From NCBI GenBank assembly GCA_038214755.1, contig JBBQRQ010000036.1, positions 1-45,104 on the forward strand: a stretch of DNA of 45,104 nt, given 5' to 3'. The stretch's first letter is position 1. Each line of letters starts with the position of its first letter. The notes beneath the pieces were generated by a model. That model made no database searches. It was not told where the DNA came from and worked only from the letters and a program-made list of their open reading frames with translations. This document shows positions 9,840 through 20,800 of this stretch, piece after piece. A program made the translations under genes and the position numbers. This DNA comes from Verrucomicrobiota bacterium (GTDB taxonomy: Bacteria; Verrucomicrobiota; Verrucomicrobiia; Limisphaerales; CANJXF01).

Positions 9840-11213
9840 TTATTCGTAACGCAGCGCTTGAATCGGGTCGAGCTTGGCGGCTTTGAACGCGGGAAATAAT
9901 CCGGCCAGCACGCCAACTCCCGCGCTGTAGGCAAAGGCCACGGCCATGGCATCGACCGTAATGATCGGCGAATTTTCCGTCGGCGAAATCAGCACGAGAA
10001 TTTTCACGATGCCATAAGAGGCCAGCAATCCTGCCACCGCTCCGATCAACGCGATGACCACGCTCTCAACGAGGATTTGAATAAACACATCGCTGAACGT
10101 AGCGCCGACCGCTTTGCGAATCCCGATTTCCCGGATGCGCTCCGTGATGCTCGCGAGCATGATGTTCATGATGCCAATCCCGCCGACCAACAAACTGATC
10201 GCGGCGATAAATCCACCGCTCAAGCGCGCGTTGCGAATTGAAGTGTTGATTTGGTCCGCCCAATTTTCCTGGGTTTGAAATGAAAAATCTTCGATGCCGC
10301 GATGGGTGATGCTCAAAACATTTTTGGCCTGTTGCAACGCGGGTTCCAATTCGTCGATGTCGCGGATTTTCATCGAGAGACCAGTTAGATGTTGATCGGG
10401 AATATTATTTGTCCCGGTGGCTGAACGAAATTTCAGCCACATCGTGTTGAGCGGAATATAGACCGTCATATTTTTATAATAAAAAATTCCGCTGCTGCCA
10501 CGGCCACTTCGGCTGCTGCCGCCATAACCTTTGCTGCGCGCCGGACCGGAGTTTTCTTCGGGCGGCTGGTTTTTCGCCAACGCTCTTTTTTTTGCGTCCT
10601 GTTCGCTCTCGTAATGTTTGAACATGCCGATGATGGTGAAGAGTTGGCCTTTGACGTTGATCTGTTCGCCGAGCGGAATGATTTCACGACCGACCTCCTC
10701 GGGTGAACCGAACAACGCGTCGCGGCACGCCGTCCCGATGACGCAAACATTGCGCGCGTTTTCGTTGTCGATCTCGTTGAACATTCGGCCGTACTCGATT
10801 TCGTGTTCGTTCATTTCCAGGGCGCTCGGCCAGGTGCCGGAAAAATTCCACGAGCTAAAAGATTTTCCGCCACGCGTCATCGTGATGTCGCGCGACCTCA
10901 TTTCTGGAGTGACGAGCCGGATCATCGACGCGCTTTTTTCCAATGCATAAACGTCGGCAATCGTCGTGCCCACGGCCTGATCGGCGAGGTGTTGTTGGAA
11001 GACGGGAATGTCCTGATCTTCGAGGCGAACTTTTTCCAAACCGCCGATGGCCACCAGCGCCTCGCGCATTCCGTTTTCCATTCCTTTGATCAAGGCGGAC
11101 ATGGCGATCAAACTCGCCACGCCGAGAATGATGCCGAGCATGGTCAACGCAGAACGAAATTTGTGCGCCCAAATTTCTTTGAGGCCGGTGGCGATGGCGT
11201 TGAAAAAATTCAT
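9840..11213 (-). CDS. MacB/FtsX-like ABC transporter permease
   Basis: RSALTMLGIILGVAS, GGIGIMNIMLASITERIREIGIRKAVGA, PAFKAAKLDPIQALRYE. Confidence 0.93.
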   Translation of the reverse strand: MNFFNAIATGLKEIWAHKFRSALTMLGIILGVASLIAMSALIKGMENGMREALVAIGGLEKVRLEDQDIPVFQQHLADQAVGTTIADVYALEKSASMIRLVTPEMRSRDITMTRGGKSFSSWNFSGTWPSALEMNEHEIEYGRMFNEIDNENARNVCVIGTACRDALFGSPEEVGREIIPLGEQINVKGQLFTIIGMFKHYESEQDAKKRALAKNQPPEENSGPARSKGYGGSSRSGRGSSGIFYYKNMTVYIPLNTMWLKFRSATGTNNIPDQHLTGLSMKIRDIDELEPALQQAKNVLSITHRGIEDFSFQTQENWADQINTSIRNARLSGGFIAAISLLVGGIGIMNIMLASITERIREIGIRKAVGATFSDVFIQILVESVVIALIGAVAGLLASYGIVKILVLISPTENSPIITVDAMAVAFAYSAGVGVLAGLFPAFKAAKLDPIQALRYE

Positions 11214-11266
11214 TTTTTAAACGCGGAACGGAGATTAAAACCGACGTATTGAAATGGCGAAACGAC

Positions 11267-11334
11267 CGGAGCGCAGAGCATTGCTCTGCTCGTTTTGTTT
11301 TTGAGATTCGCACCGAGCAATGCTCCGCGCTCCG
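11267..11334. repeat. REP-like element (ggagcgc family), intergenic
   Basis: cggagcgcagagcattgctc ... gagcaatgctccgcgctccg inverted arms. Confidence 0.8.
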
Positions 11335-11363
11335 TTGTGGCAATGTGCAATTCGCAATTCATT

Positions 11364-12065
11364 TTAATTTTTTGCGCCCGCTAATTTTGCATCCAACTGT
11401 TTCGCAATCTTTCCATCCCGGATTTCAATTTTCCGCGGGGTGCGGGCGGCGATTTCAGGGTCGTGCGTGACGATGGCGATGGTTCTGCCCTCGCTGCTCA
11501 GTTTTCGAAACAATTCCAAGATCGCTTCGCCGGTGTGCGAATCCAAATTGCCCGTGGGTTCATCTGCGAAAATAATTTTCGGGCTGTTGACGAGCGCGCG
11601 GGCTATGGCCACCCGCTGTTGTTGTCCGCCGGAAAGTTGCATCGGCCGATGCTTCACCCGATTTTCCAAGCCGACCATTTTCAGCGCCGCCAGGGAACGG
11701 TCCCGGCGCTCACGCGAATTTTTTCCGCTGTAAATCATCGGTAACTCGACGTTCTGCAGCACGTTTAATTTTGGGAGCAAATTGAAAAACTGAAAAACAA
11801 AACCGATTTTCTGATTGCGAATGGTCGAGAGTTGGCGCGTGGAAGCTTTTTCAATCATCGTGCCATCGAGCTTGATCGTGCCGCGCGTGGGCGAATCCAG
11901 GCAGCCGAGGATGTGCATCAAGGTGGATTTGCCGCTGCCCGACGGACCGATGATGGAGATAAATTCGCCACTCTCGATGTCGAGGGTTACATCGTCAAGC
12001 GCGCGAATTTCTTCGCCGCCCAAATGATAAAGTTTGCTGACATTGCGTAATTCGACGAGCGACAT
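11364..12065 (-). CDS. ABC transporter ATP-binding protein (LolD/MacB type)
   Basis: GPSGSGKST, LSGGQQQRV, ADEPTGNLD, VTHD. Confidence 0.95.
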   Translation of the reverse strand: MSLVELRNVSKLYHLGGEEIRALDDVTLDIESGEFISIIGPSGSGKSTLMHILGCLDSPTRGTIKLDGTMIEKASTRQLSTIRNQKIGFVFQFFNLLPKLNVLQNVELPMIYSGKNSRERRDRSLAALKMVGLENRVKHRPMQLSGGQQQRVAIARALVNSPKIIFADEPTGNLDSHTGEAILELFRKLSSEGRTIAIVTHDPEIAARTPRKIEIRDGKIAKQLDAKLAGAKN

Positions 12066-12068
12066 AAA

Positions 12069-13277
12069 TCAAACTCCCGGACGTCGGGAAGCGCCGCTGG
12101 ATGGAGGACTCGCCGCGCCCGCCGGGCTATTGGTTCCGCCTGCTCGCCTCGCGCTGGAACGTTTTTCGCCGGCTTTGCGTTCACCGCCCGTTGCCGAATT
12201 TTTTCCGGTTTCCGCGGGTTGTTCCAGAGAAACAATTTCCCCAGCCGCCAGGCCGCCCGTGATTTCGGCATAACTGTAATCGGTCACGCCGAGCTGAATG
12301 GCGCGTCGCTCCATCGCATCACCTTTCTTGACATAAGCAAATCGTTCCCCGCTCTCCGTGAAAACCGCCGCGAGCGGAATCGTCAAAACATCCGTGGCTG
12401 TCGCGACCGGGATGGAAAGATTGGCCGTCATTCCGGGACGAACGCGCGGGTCAATTTTTTTCAAAGCGATGCGCGCGGAAAATCCTTTCAAATTATTTTT
12501 CACGGTGGCTTGCGGCGCGATGCGCTCGACAACTCCTTCCATTTTCAAACCGGGAACCGAATCGATTTCCACATCGACTTTTTGATCGGTGCCCAGCCGG
12601 GTGACGTCGGCCTGATTGATGTGAGCCATGATCACCATGTCGTTCAAGTTGGCGATGCTCATCACTTCGGTGCCGCTATTAAATCCGCCTGAACCGGAAA
12701 CCGCCTGGCCGACCGAGACGGGCCGCGTCAAAACCGTGCAATCAAACGGCGCGACGATTTTGGTTTTGGATAATCGATCATCCACCGCCCGCAACGCCTG
12801 ATCGGCGCGCGCCAGGGCATTTTTCGCCAGATCGAATTCCGTGCGCGCGTCGTCGTAAACTTCCTGGGAAATCAATTTGTCCACCGAAAGTTTTTGCACG
12901 CGTTCGAAATTCCGCTTCGCTTTTTCCAGTTGCAATTTCGCGCCCTCAATTTGCGTCAAGGTCGAAACGCGGTCGGTTTGTAAATCGGTGTCATCCAAAG
13001 TGAAAAGCAGATCGCCTTTTTTTACATGGTCGCCGATGTCCACCGGAAGCTGCGCGATTTTTCCGTTAACCTCCGGTCGAACCGAAACCTGATCGGCGGG
13101 GCCGATGTCGCCCGCGGCGTTGATGGCGAAACGAATATCGCGCGCTTCGACTTTGGCGGTGGTGGCGCGCTTGGGAGTTTTCGCCGCGCGATTTTGCGCC
13201 TGCCATTTTTTCCAAAAATGAAAACCGCCGTAGCCCGCGACTAAAAGGATCGCCACGATTAAAATCAATTTCTTCAT
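12069..13277 (-). CDS. Efflux periplasmic adaptor (MacA/HlyD-like membrane fusion protein)
   Basis: N-terminal anchor, lipoyl-like halves (GKIAQLPVDIGDHVKKGD; APFDCTV), RPGMTA. Confidence 0.92.
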   Translation of the reverse strand: MKKLILIVAILLVAGYGGFHFWKKWQAQNRAAKTPKRATTAKVEARDIRFAINAAGDIGPADQVSVRPEVNGKIAQLPVDIGDHVKKGDLLFTLDDTDLQTDRVSTLTQIEGAKLQLEKAKRNFERVQKLSVDKLISQEVYDDARTEFDLAKNALARADQALRAVDDRLSKTKIVAPFDCTVLTRPVSVGQAVSGSGGFNSGTEVMSIANLNDMVIMAHINQADVTRLGTDQKVDVEIDSVPGLKMEGVVERIAPQATVKNNLKGFSARIALKKIDPRVRPGMTANLSIPVATATDVLTIPLAAVFTESGERFAYVKKGDAMERRAIQLGVTDYSYAEITGGLAAGEIVSLEQPAETGKNSATGGERKAGEKRSSARRAGGTNSPAGAASPPSSGASRRPGV

Positions 13278-13340
13278 CTGAGAGCGCAGAAGTTAAACGA
13301 AAAGTTAGCCGGAGCAAATGGGAACTTCAGGAGCGCGAAA

Positions 13341-13613
13341 GGAGCGCGGACGTTCTCGTCCGCGAGTTGTTTCGAAATAATGTTGCGTACCGTTTTCCAG
13401 CAATGCAACTCGCTGCCGAGAACGGGGCGTGATTTAAACTGGCGGTCAGAACACGAGCGCCAGAGGGCTGGCGCACTCCAAGACGCTTCGCGCCATTCAT
13501 GCGCCATCGAAATTCGCGCGAGCGTCTTGGAGTGCGGCGGCCCTCCGCCGCTTTTAACAGCACCGATAACGAGCGCCGCTTGAAAATCACGCCCTGAGAA
13601 ACGTCCGCGCTCC
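13341..13613. repeat. Nested REP-like elements (outer ggagcgcggac family, inner gcactccaa/ttggagtgc family at ~13455-13554)
   Basis: Outer ggagcgcggacgttctc ... gagaaacgtccgcgctcc; inner gcactccaagacgct ... agcgtcttggagtgc. Confidence 0.8.
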
Positions 13614-13628
13614 GGCATTTCTCAATCG

Positions 13629-15032
13629 TCATTCAAACGCCGAGCGGATCGGGCCGGTGACAATTTTGTTGGTGGACGCCGGAAAAAATTCAACGCGCTC
13701 GAAAGTATCCGGAGCAAATATCGCGCTGCCAAAATTTGGACTCGTCCCGCTAACGCCTTGATCGTTCCAGCGGTCGAGGCGAAACGTCACTCTTCCTCCA
13801 TCGGCGAAAAATGCGCGAATGGATGAAACCGTTTCGCCACTTTTCTCTTCTGCCCTGGGGCCCAGGTTGATTTCCGTAACCCGCGCAAACGGTATGTTCA
13901 GTTTTCGGTTTCCCGTTGAAATAGTGAATTGCCCCTCGCGAAAAAAATCCAGCGTCCCGGAAACTTTGTCGCCATTGAAAAGCCGGGCCAAATCTTCTTG
14001 GCCGACAAAGTCGTTGGTGGAATTTGGCGGCAATTTTCCGTTCCACTCGGCAATCCGCAAACTGCTCAACTTCAGCGCGCCCATGCCTTGATGGACAAAA
14101 CGCATTCCAGTGCCAGTGCCGGCAAATCCGTCGGGATCAACCCATTCTTTGAGGGGCGCGCCATCGACAAACAGCGCGATGCTGGCGCGGGATTTGTTGG
14201 CGAGAATTTCAATGTGGGCGCGATTCTTTCTGCTGAATTGCTGCACCGGAATTTGCCCAAGAGGAATCAAAGGAGCGTTTTTTTTGACGGGCATCAGTGT
14301 CGCCACAAAGCTGTTGATTTGCAGACTGTAAAATCCGCCGAAGTCCGGCTCGAGATCTTTGCTCGCCAAATTGATCGGCTGCATGTGACTGGTGTAAAGT
14401 GCGACCGCGGCCTGCAACGTCTCCTTCCACGCCAGATCAAATTGAATGCTCGCCATGTCGGGCAATTTCAAATCGCGCGCAATCGAGGCGGAGCGCGCCG
14501 CGTAAAAGGCGCCGTTGGTATATTTCCACTGGCCCGCTTCGCCAAGCCCGACGGCTGTCACTTTGCCCATCGTCCATCCTTCCAAGCTACTCGGTCCGCT
14601 GAACAGCAATTGGCCTTCGGCGGGCAGCGCCTCCAGCGCCTGGACTGCAACGCGGGGAAAAATCATTTTGCCCGCGAAAGTGGTTTCCAAAATAATTTTC
14701 TCCGAATCGACCGACGCCAATTTTCCTTCGAGCCAATCGCCGTTGCGCAAACGAATCCGGCAAGCGTTGGTGGTGGGCGAATTGGATTTCGTTTCCGCCG
14801 AAAATTTAATTTCAAAAATATTTGTCCCAGAGAAATAAATGGGCTGCAGCAAGTCATTGCGCCGCCAGACCACGGATTTGTCGGCCTCAATGGATTCCAG
14901 ATTGCCGAGGAGAATATCTCCGTTGCGAAAGCGCAGCGCGTGTTTCGCGGACAATTCCGCGACGCAAAAGGAATTGCTCAACCATGCCACGCAGAACGCG
15001 CCGAAAATGTTTCGCGACAAATTATTTTTCAT
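13629..15032 (-). CDS. Exported hypothetical protein, paralog of 15022-16551
   Basis: Signal peptide; repeated LxxxNGDxxxG modules around a lectin/LamG-like beta core; shared GPxxxEGW, WxYxxGAF, RDLxLPD motifs. Confidence 0.75.
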   Translation of the reverse strand: MKNNLSRNIFGAFCVAWLSNSFCVAELSAKHALRFRNGDILLGNLESIEADKSVVWRRNDLLQPIYFSGTNIFEIKFSAETKSNSPTTNACRIRLRNGDWLEGKLASVDSEKIILETTFAGKMIFPRVAVQALEALPAEGQLLFSGPSSLEGWTMGKVTAVGLGEAGQWKYTNGAFYAARSASIARDLKLPDMASIQFDLAWKETLQAAVALYTSHMQPINLASKDLEPDFGGFYSLQINSFVATLMPVKKNAPLIPLGQIPVQQFSRKNRAHIEILANKSRASIALFVDGAPLKEWVDPDGFAGTGTGMRFVHQGMGALKLSSLRIAEWNGKLPPNSTNDFVGQEDLARLFNGDKVSGTLDFFREGQFTISTGNRKLNIPFARVTEINLGPRAEEKSGETVSSIRAFFADGGRVTFRLDRWNDQGVSGTSPNFGSAIFAPDTFERVEFFPASTNKIVTGPIRSAFE

Positions 15033-16551
15033 CGATCTCCCACAGAATGTCGTTGGCGGAATCGGTCTCGCCTGGTTTTGCTTTGTCGGGATTGAATTGG
15101 ATCTGGCGAATGGAACGCGAGTTCAGCGAAACGATTCCAAAAGTTTTGTTCCGGCCCAAAACTTTTTCGTCGTCCCATTTTTCCAGGGCGAACGAAATCG
15201 TTCCGCCCCCCGCAACGGAGGCCTGGATTTCCCACGGACCGCGCGCGAGGACATTTGTGTCGGCATTGGAAAATAGAATTTGCGTGACGCGTTGCAGCGG
15301 AATTTCCAAAGAGCCGGCGGTGGCGGACAAAACGATTTTTCCGTCACGCAAGCTCATCACTTTGCCGGAGACTTTGTCGCGGTTGACGAGATAAAGTTCG
15401 TCCTGGCCGCCCAGCGCGTTCGTCGAACTTTGAGAGCCGGGCCGGCCGTCCCATTCCGAAACTTTGAGATTGCTGATTTTGACCGCCGCGCCCTCGCTCT
15501 GGGTGTAAAAAAGAATGCCTGAACCTTTTCCGGCCCAACCGGCATTGTCCTTCCATTGGTTGACGGATTTTCCATCGACCAACACTTCCAAAAAATTTTC
15601 TTCTTTGCTCCCGCGAAATTCCAGATGGGCTTTCTTTTTTGTCAGCATCGGCAAAATGGCGTCACTGCGGCCGAGGGAGGCGGAGCCGTTGCTGGTGTTG
15701 ATTCGTTGCAAGGAAATATTTCCCGGCGAAATAAAAAACATGTAGCAACTGGTGTTGTAATTGAAGCCGTCGAAAACTCCGGTGTAGAAGGAAAACAAAA
15801 GGCTGAACGGCGCGCTCCAGTTGAGATCGAATTCGACGCGGCTGGCATCGGGCAGGTTCAGATCGCGACCCAGTGTGCCGGGCGAGTTGCCGAGGAAAGC
15901 CCCGTCCCGATATTGCCATGACGATGCGGAATTTGGATTCTTTCCAAGCTGCCATCCTTCCATGCCGGTTGGTCCTTCATAAATTGTCCCGGCTCCTTTT
16001 GGAAAAAAACGGATCGAGCGCGCCATCGTCCGAGGCGTTTTGAATTTTCCGCCGAACCAGGTTTGCAATTCCAATTCGCTTTCGTTCAAGGCGAGAAGTT
16101 TGCCAAAAAACTCATCGCCGTTGGCGAATTGAAATTGGCAGGTCGCATCCGAATTGGTGGCGTGCGGAGTTGTCCTCGGGAAACGGAGCCACGCTAAGTT
16201 TTCCGGCTTGAATTCCAGCGGCTGTTTCGCGCCGTCATATTCCCAGCGCAAACCTTTTTTCGAATCAATGGCGCGCAACGTTCCATGCAGCGCGGAGCCG
16301 TCGAGAAATTCGAGCACAGTGGAATTTTCTGGAGAATCTATTGTCGCATCGGAGGCGAGGATTACTTGAAGGAACGCGAAACATAAAAGTCCACCGAACA
16401 AAAGGAGCGCGGACAGCCATGTCCGCGAGTAGGATTTGCGACGAAAGTTTTTTGAGCGTCTCCCCTTTTCCGATCCTCGCGGACATGGCTGTCCGCGCTC
16501 CATTTGTTGGAAAAAAAATCTATTGAGCAACGCGCGCATTGTTCCATTCAT
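15022..16551 (-). CDS. Exported hypothetical protein, paralog of 13629-15032; REP inserted in its signal-peptide n-region
   Basis: Same domain layout as the downstream gene; overlaps both neighbours (operon coupling). Confidence 0.75.
   Translation of the reverse strand: MNGTMRALLNRFFFQQMERGQPCPRGSEKGRRSKNFRRKSYSRTWLSALLLFGGLLCFAFLQVILASDATIDSPENSTVLEFLDGSALHGTLRAIDSKKGLRWEYDGAKQPLEFKPENLAWLRFPRTTPHATNSDATCQFQFANGDEFFGKLLALNESELELQTWFGGKFKTPRTMARSIRFFPKGAGTIYEGPTGMEGWQLGKNPNSASSWQYRDGAFLGNSPGTLGRDLNLPDASRVEFDLNWSAPFSLLFSFYTGVFDGFNYNTSCYMFFISPGNISLQRINTSNGSASLGRSDAILPMLTKKKAHLEFRGSKEENFLEVLVDGKSVNQWKDNAGWAGKGSGILFYTQSEGAAVKISNLKVSEWDGRPGSQSSTNALGGQDELYLVNRDKVSGKVMSLRDGKIVLSATAGSLEIPLQRVTQILFSNADTNVLARGPWEIQASVAGGGTISFALEKWDDEKVLGRNKTFGIVSLNSRSIRQIQFNPDKAKPGETDSANDILWEIDEK
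16404..16501. repeat. REP-like element (ggagcgcggac family), in-frame in CDS
   Basis: Perfect 26-bp inverted arms ggagcgcggacagccatgtccgcgag / ctcgcggacatggctgtccgcgctcc. Confidence 0.9.
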
Positions 16552-17846
16552 CGTTCGTAAATCGGCAGGAACCGATAATTCAACGCCAGCGAAAGCAGCG
16601 AAGCGGACGTGGCGAAGGTCGATCCGAATTGCCCCTCCCAGTTTCCTTCGGCGCTTTGCGATGCTTTTAGTGTCGCAATATTTTTACGGTTCCAAACCTG
16701 CCACGCTTGCGGTGATCCCTGGAAAAACGCCTGCGACGCGTAATACAAATAATATTGTCCGTAATTTTGGTCGGGCGGAGTTTTTTTCAAATACTCAAAA
16801 GCGGTTTGAAATGATTTGGAATTTTTTTCTTTGGCGAGCGACAAAACCAGACAACCGATCGCCGCGCGCGCGGCGTTCGGTCCCGCAGGAGAACTGTAGC
16901 CGAACCCGCCCTCCGCCGTTTGCATTCTGGCAAAAAACTTCAGCCCTTTTTCGATGGCATCTTCCGGCACGGCAATGCCCGCGTTGCGCGCGGCGAAGAG
17001 CGCGACCATTTGCGCGCCGCTGACCGTCGTGTCGGCGTCAGGGCTTTCCGGCGCGTAACGCCAGGCACCCAGTGGGTTGTTCGCTTGCGAAGTCAAAATC
17101 AATTGCACCGCCTTGAGCAAAGCCGGCCCAATCCGCGCGTCATCGACCATCCCGTACGCTTCCGCCAAAGCGAGGGTGGCGAAGCCGTGGTTGTACATGG
17201 TCTTGCCGATGTAGCCGGTTTTTGGATTGGCCTGCTTGAGTATAAAATCCAGCCCGTGGCGAATCGATTCGCTGTAAGGACCGAAATTGGGATCGTCCCC
17301 GTGCGCCAACATGCTGAGGACAGAAAAACCGACCACGGCTGGCTCGCCGCCGTATGGCAAATCTTTCCAATTGCCTTCGCTCGTTTGATTGCGCATGAGA
17401 AATTGAAGCCCCTTCGTGTAAATGCGCTCGACGTCCTTCGCCGCGATGTCCGATTTTTCAACGAAAAGTTCCTGAGCGTTTGCAGAGAGGAAACCAAAAA
17501 TAAAAATAGAAAGTGTCAGAGAAAAAACGCTCGCCCTCACCCCAGCCCTCTCCCCCAGGAGAGGGAGGGTCCGCCAGCCGCGTTGGTAAATACATAACCG
17601 CAATCTCGCGCTGAATAAATTGGATAGCCGGCATCTCCGGGTTGGGCCGAATAAATTGGATAACTGCAATCTCTGGGTTGCACTGGATAAATTCGATAAC
17701 TGCAATCTCGTGGCTGCGCTGAAAAAACTTCTCCCTCTCCTCGGGGGAGAGGGCTGGGGTGAGGGCGAGCGTTTCATTCCCGCCAACGCTTTTCCTGCCC
17801 ATAAGCTACTGATTAGAAACAAAAAAATTAAACCTGCAAACATCAT
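16548..17846 (-). CDS. Prenyltransferase/squalene-oxidase repeat (alpha/alpha barrel) exported protein
   Basis: QW-like repeats (NQTSEGNW, MQTAEGGFGY, SQSAEGNW), MYNHGFATLALAEAYG, GAWRY..DADTTVS; start may be ATG 17777. Confidence 0.8.
   Translation of the reverse strand: MMFAGLIFLFLISSLWAGKALAGMKRSPSPQPSPPRRGRSFFSAATRLQLSNLSSATQRLQLSNLFGPTRRCRLSNLFSARLRLCIYQRGWRTLPLLGERAGVRASVFSLTLSIFIFGFLSANAQELFVEKSDIAAKDVERIYTKGLQFLMRNQTSEGNWKDLPYGGEPAVVGFSVLSMLAHGDDPNFGPYSESIRHGLDFILKQANPKTGYIGKTMYNHGFATLALAEAYGMVDDARIGPALLKAVQLILTSQANNPLGAWRYAPESPDADTTVSGAQMVALFAARNAGIAVPEDAIEKGLKFFARMQTAEGGFGYSSPAGPNAARAAIGCLVLSLAKEKNSKSFQTAFEYLKKTPPDQNYGQYYLYYASQAFFQGSPQAWQVWNRKNIATLKASQSAEGNWEGQFGSTFATSASLLSLALNYRFLPIYER
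17525..17774. repeat. REP/MITE-like element with internal 36-bp tandem repeats, in-frame in CDS
   Basis: Perfect 32-bp inverted arms (17525-17556, 17743-17774); internal units start at 17613, 17649, 17685, 17721. Confidence 0.9.
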
Positions 17847-20800
17847 CAGTTCGACTCCTGCTCAATCGCTTTAAAATAATTTTCCAGTGTCTCGCGAAAT
17901 TCCGTCGGTAAACTGATCCCCGCCGCGCCGCTCGCTTTTTCCACTCTGCGCCCTTCGCGACCTCGGCCATTTGCATCTCCGTCAGCGGGTCCACCGGCCT
18001 TCTCAGTCGAGCCGCCCGACTGGTTCCAGACGCCGCGCGGATTCAGCGCCATCGCTTCACCCGGTTTATTTTGCGGAGACATCATTTGCATAAGAAACGC
18101 CATTTGTTCCGCCGCGCTTTCGCCTTCGCCGTCCTGCGGAGGCGAGGAAGAATTTTGTCGCTTCGCTTGTTCGTTGATTAAATTGATCAAGTCCGTCAGC
18201 AGATCGACCGACTTCACTTGCGCCGCCCAAGTCGTTTTGTCCGTCTGCGGTTTTTGCAAAAGCAATTCAGCTTCACTCATGGCCTGGCCAGTTTGTTGAT
18301 ACGGTTCAATCAACGGCGGCAATTTATTCTCTTTGGACAAACCGGCCACATCATCTCCCAATTTTTTTTGCGCGCCAGAAAGTGCGCCGGCGCGCTCCTT
18401 GTAATTGGTTTCATCGCCGCGTTGTTCATCGAGCAAACGAGTTTGCTCGCGCAACGTGATTTCCTTTTCGCGCAGCCGGAGCAACGCCACCAAAGTTTTT
18501 GTCATGTCGAGCGGCGGCTCTCCGCTCTGCCCACTTCCTTTTGCGCTGCTCGATTCCTCTTTTGGCGGTTCCAGTTTGTCCGCCCACTTTCCGAAGCGCT
18601 CGGCCCAAGCGCTCAAATTTTTTGTCGCTTCCATCGCAATGTTATCTTTGATGAAACCGCCCAGCCGCTCTAATTCTTCGCTCGTCTTCGCCTCGGAAAT
18701 TTCCTTGCTCACTTCGCCGTAATTTTTCTTCTGCGTCCGCTCGAAGAACCGGTTGATCTCATTCTGCAACTGCTGCGACTCCGTCTGCGTTGCCTCCTGA
18801 CGATTGGCCAAAACCGTCCCGACCTTTCGAAATTTTTCCGGCAATTCCTTGGGCAACATCCCAATGGTTTCAGGAATGATTTTCTGCAACTCGCCGCTGA
18901 TCTCCGTTTCCGTCGAGCCGACTTTCCGCAATCGTTCCGCCAGGGTCAGCGCCTGCAACTCATCCAGGTCCTTGTTCACCTTGCCTTGCATTTTTTCCAG
19001 CGCCTCCAGAATTTCCTGCTCCTTTTTCTGCGCGTCGGCCAAATCTTTTTTCCTCGAACCCGCGCTGGAATTTTTCTGCGCCGACTTCAATTTCTCACCC
19101 GCCGACTTCATCTCCTTTTGCGCGAGGTTCTGCATCTCCTGCAAATTTTTGGCCCACTCTTGCAACGCTTGTTCCGTGAAAACCGGGTTCTTCAACCCTT
19201 CCTGCAACGTTCGCATTCCTTCCTTCGCCAGTTGTTCAAGGTTCTTCGCATTGCGCTCCTGCTCTTCATTCACTTTGCCGATGCGATCGGTTTTTTGTTG
19301 TTCGGAAAGTTTTTCGTTTTCCTGAAGCTCACTCGTATTCGCCATCACTTTTTCTTCGAGCCGCGACACTTCCTCGACTCGCGCCAAAAGCGATTCCAGC
19401 CTTTGCCGAACCAGCTCGGAATGTTTTTCTTTGCCGAGAACGTGAATGCGATGAACGGAGGATTCGGTCCGTTCGCGCTCAGGAAAATAGTCGCGGGCAA
19501 AGGCGATCAGTTCAACGGAACTGTCTTCTGGAACCTGGAAAATGGCGGGACTCCAGCGAAATATTTTCTCGAAAAGTCTTTCGTGCCGCGCTCTCGGCTC
19601 AATTTTTATTTCCGTGGTCATGCTGCCCGACGGGCGAATCGAATCGCTTTCAAAATTCCAACTCAATCCCAAATCGCGCACGCCGAAGTCGTCTTTGCCG
19701 GCCGCCCGGATTTCCAAAACATCGCTGTCGAGCATCGCGACATCGCTCGGCAAATCCGGCAGCGCGGGCGTCGGCGGCAAATCTTTTTGACGTTGAATCG
19801 AGAGTTTCCACAGCGCGGCGTTGCTCAAACCGAATCGATCGCGCCAAAGAAATGAAAGTTGCGCGGTTTGATCATCGAATGTCCTGGTGGAAAATTCATC
19901 GCCGGAAATCTGCAACGGCTCCGAAAGATCTGTGGACAGGAACGCCGATTTCCCAATCGGCATCACGGCGAGGGGTGGGCCGACACGAGTCGAACTGGAG
20001 TTCGGCGTTCCGTTTGTGGTGATAAAAACGCGCGCCGTTTCCAGCTCGCGACTGATCTTTCCGCGCAAAACAAATTTGCTTCCTTCGAGCAAATTCAAAT
20101 TTCCATTGGCGAGAACCTGATTGGTGGGGAGCGTTTGCAAATAGTCGGGCAACTGCACCGCTGCCGAAATTTGTTTCAACGCCGGACGATGCGTTGGAAT
20201 AATCGCCACGTCGCGCGTTGCATCGCCCAGCTTGATTCGCAAAATTCCATTTTGAATTTGCGCGGGAACTTCAAGGTGGATTTCGCTTCCATGAACCTTT
20301 GCAGAAACAGACGTTTGCATCGCGATTTTTGCATTCGCCCGCGCTGGTTTCCAAAAGGAGCGATACGCCACTTGCGCGTTGAGCGAAAAGTTTTCTCCAT
20401 GCGGCACGACAAGCTCTTTGGGCAACTCCGCAATTTGCACGAGCGTGTAGCGCGAGATTTCAGCGAGCGGCGCGATCCAACGGTGGAACACATTTTGACC
20501 GAGGGCAGGAACCAGCGCGCACAAAATAAAAACCAAGACGGCCAAGCCAGCGGTCACCGCGATGATTTTTTTTGCCGACGAAGTTTGCACCGCTTCGCGG
20601 AAATCGAATTGGGCGGTTTCATCCGCGACTTGGTTTATGGCGGCGCGGTAAAGTTCAGGAGAGAAATTTGCGTAATGTTTGCTCTCGCTCGACAGTTCAA
20701 CAATGCCGAGCAAGCGGTCGCCGAGGAGTCGAAACTTTTTTTGCACGATCAGCGACAAAGCGCGCCAATCGCGTCGCAGGACAATCCAGCGGAACGACCA

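Noticed and set aside
13274..13632. Short ORFs in the spacer upstream of the MacA-like gene
   Set aside because: They are translations of nested REP elements.
17594..17729. CRISPR array (36-bp period)
   Set aside because: Units are contiguous and degenerate with no unique spacers; no cas genes.
16548..17846. Squalene-hopene cyclase linked to the nearby MEP genes
   Set aside because: Single short barrel with a signal peptide and no DXDD motif; the context fits vWA-associated proteins.
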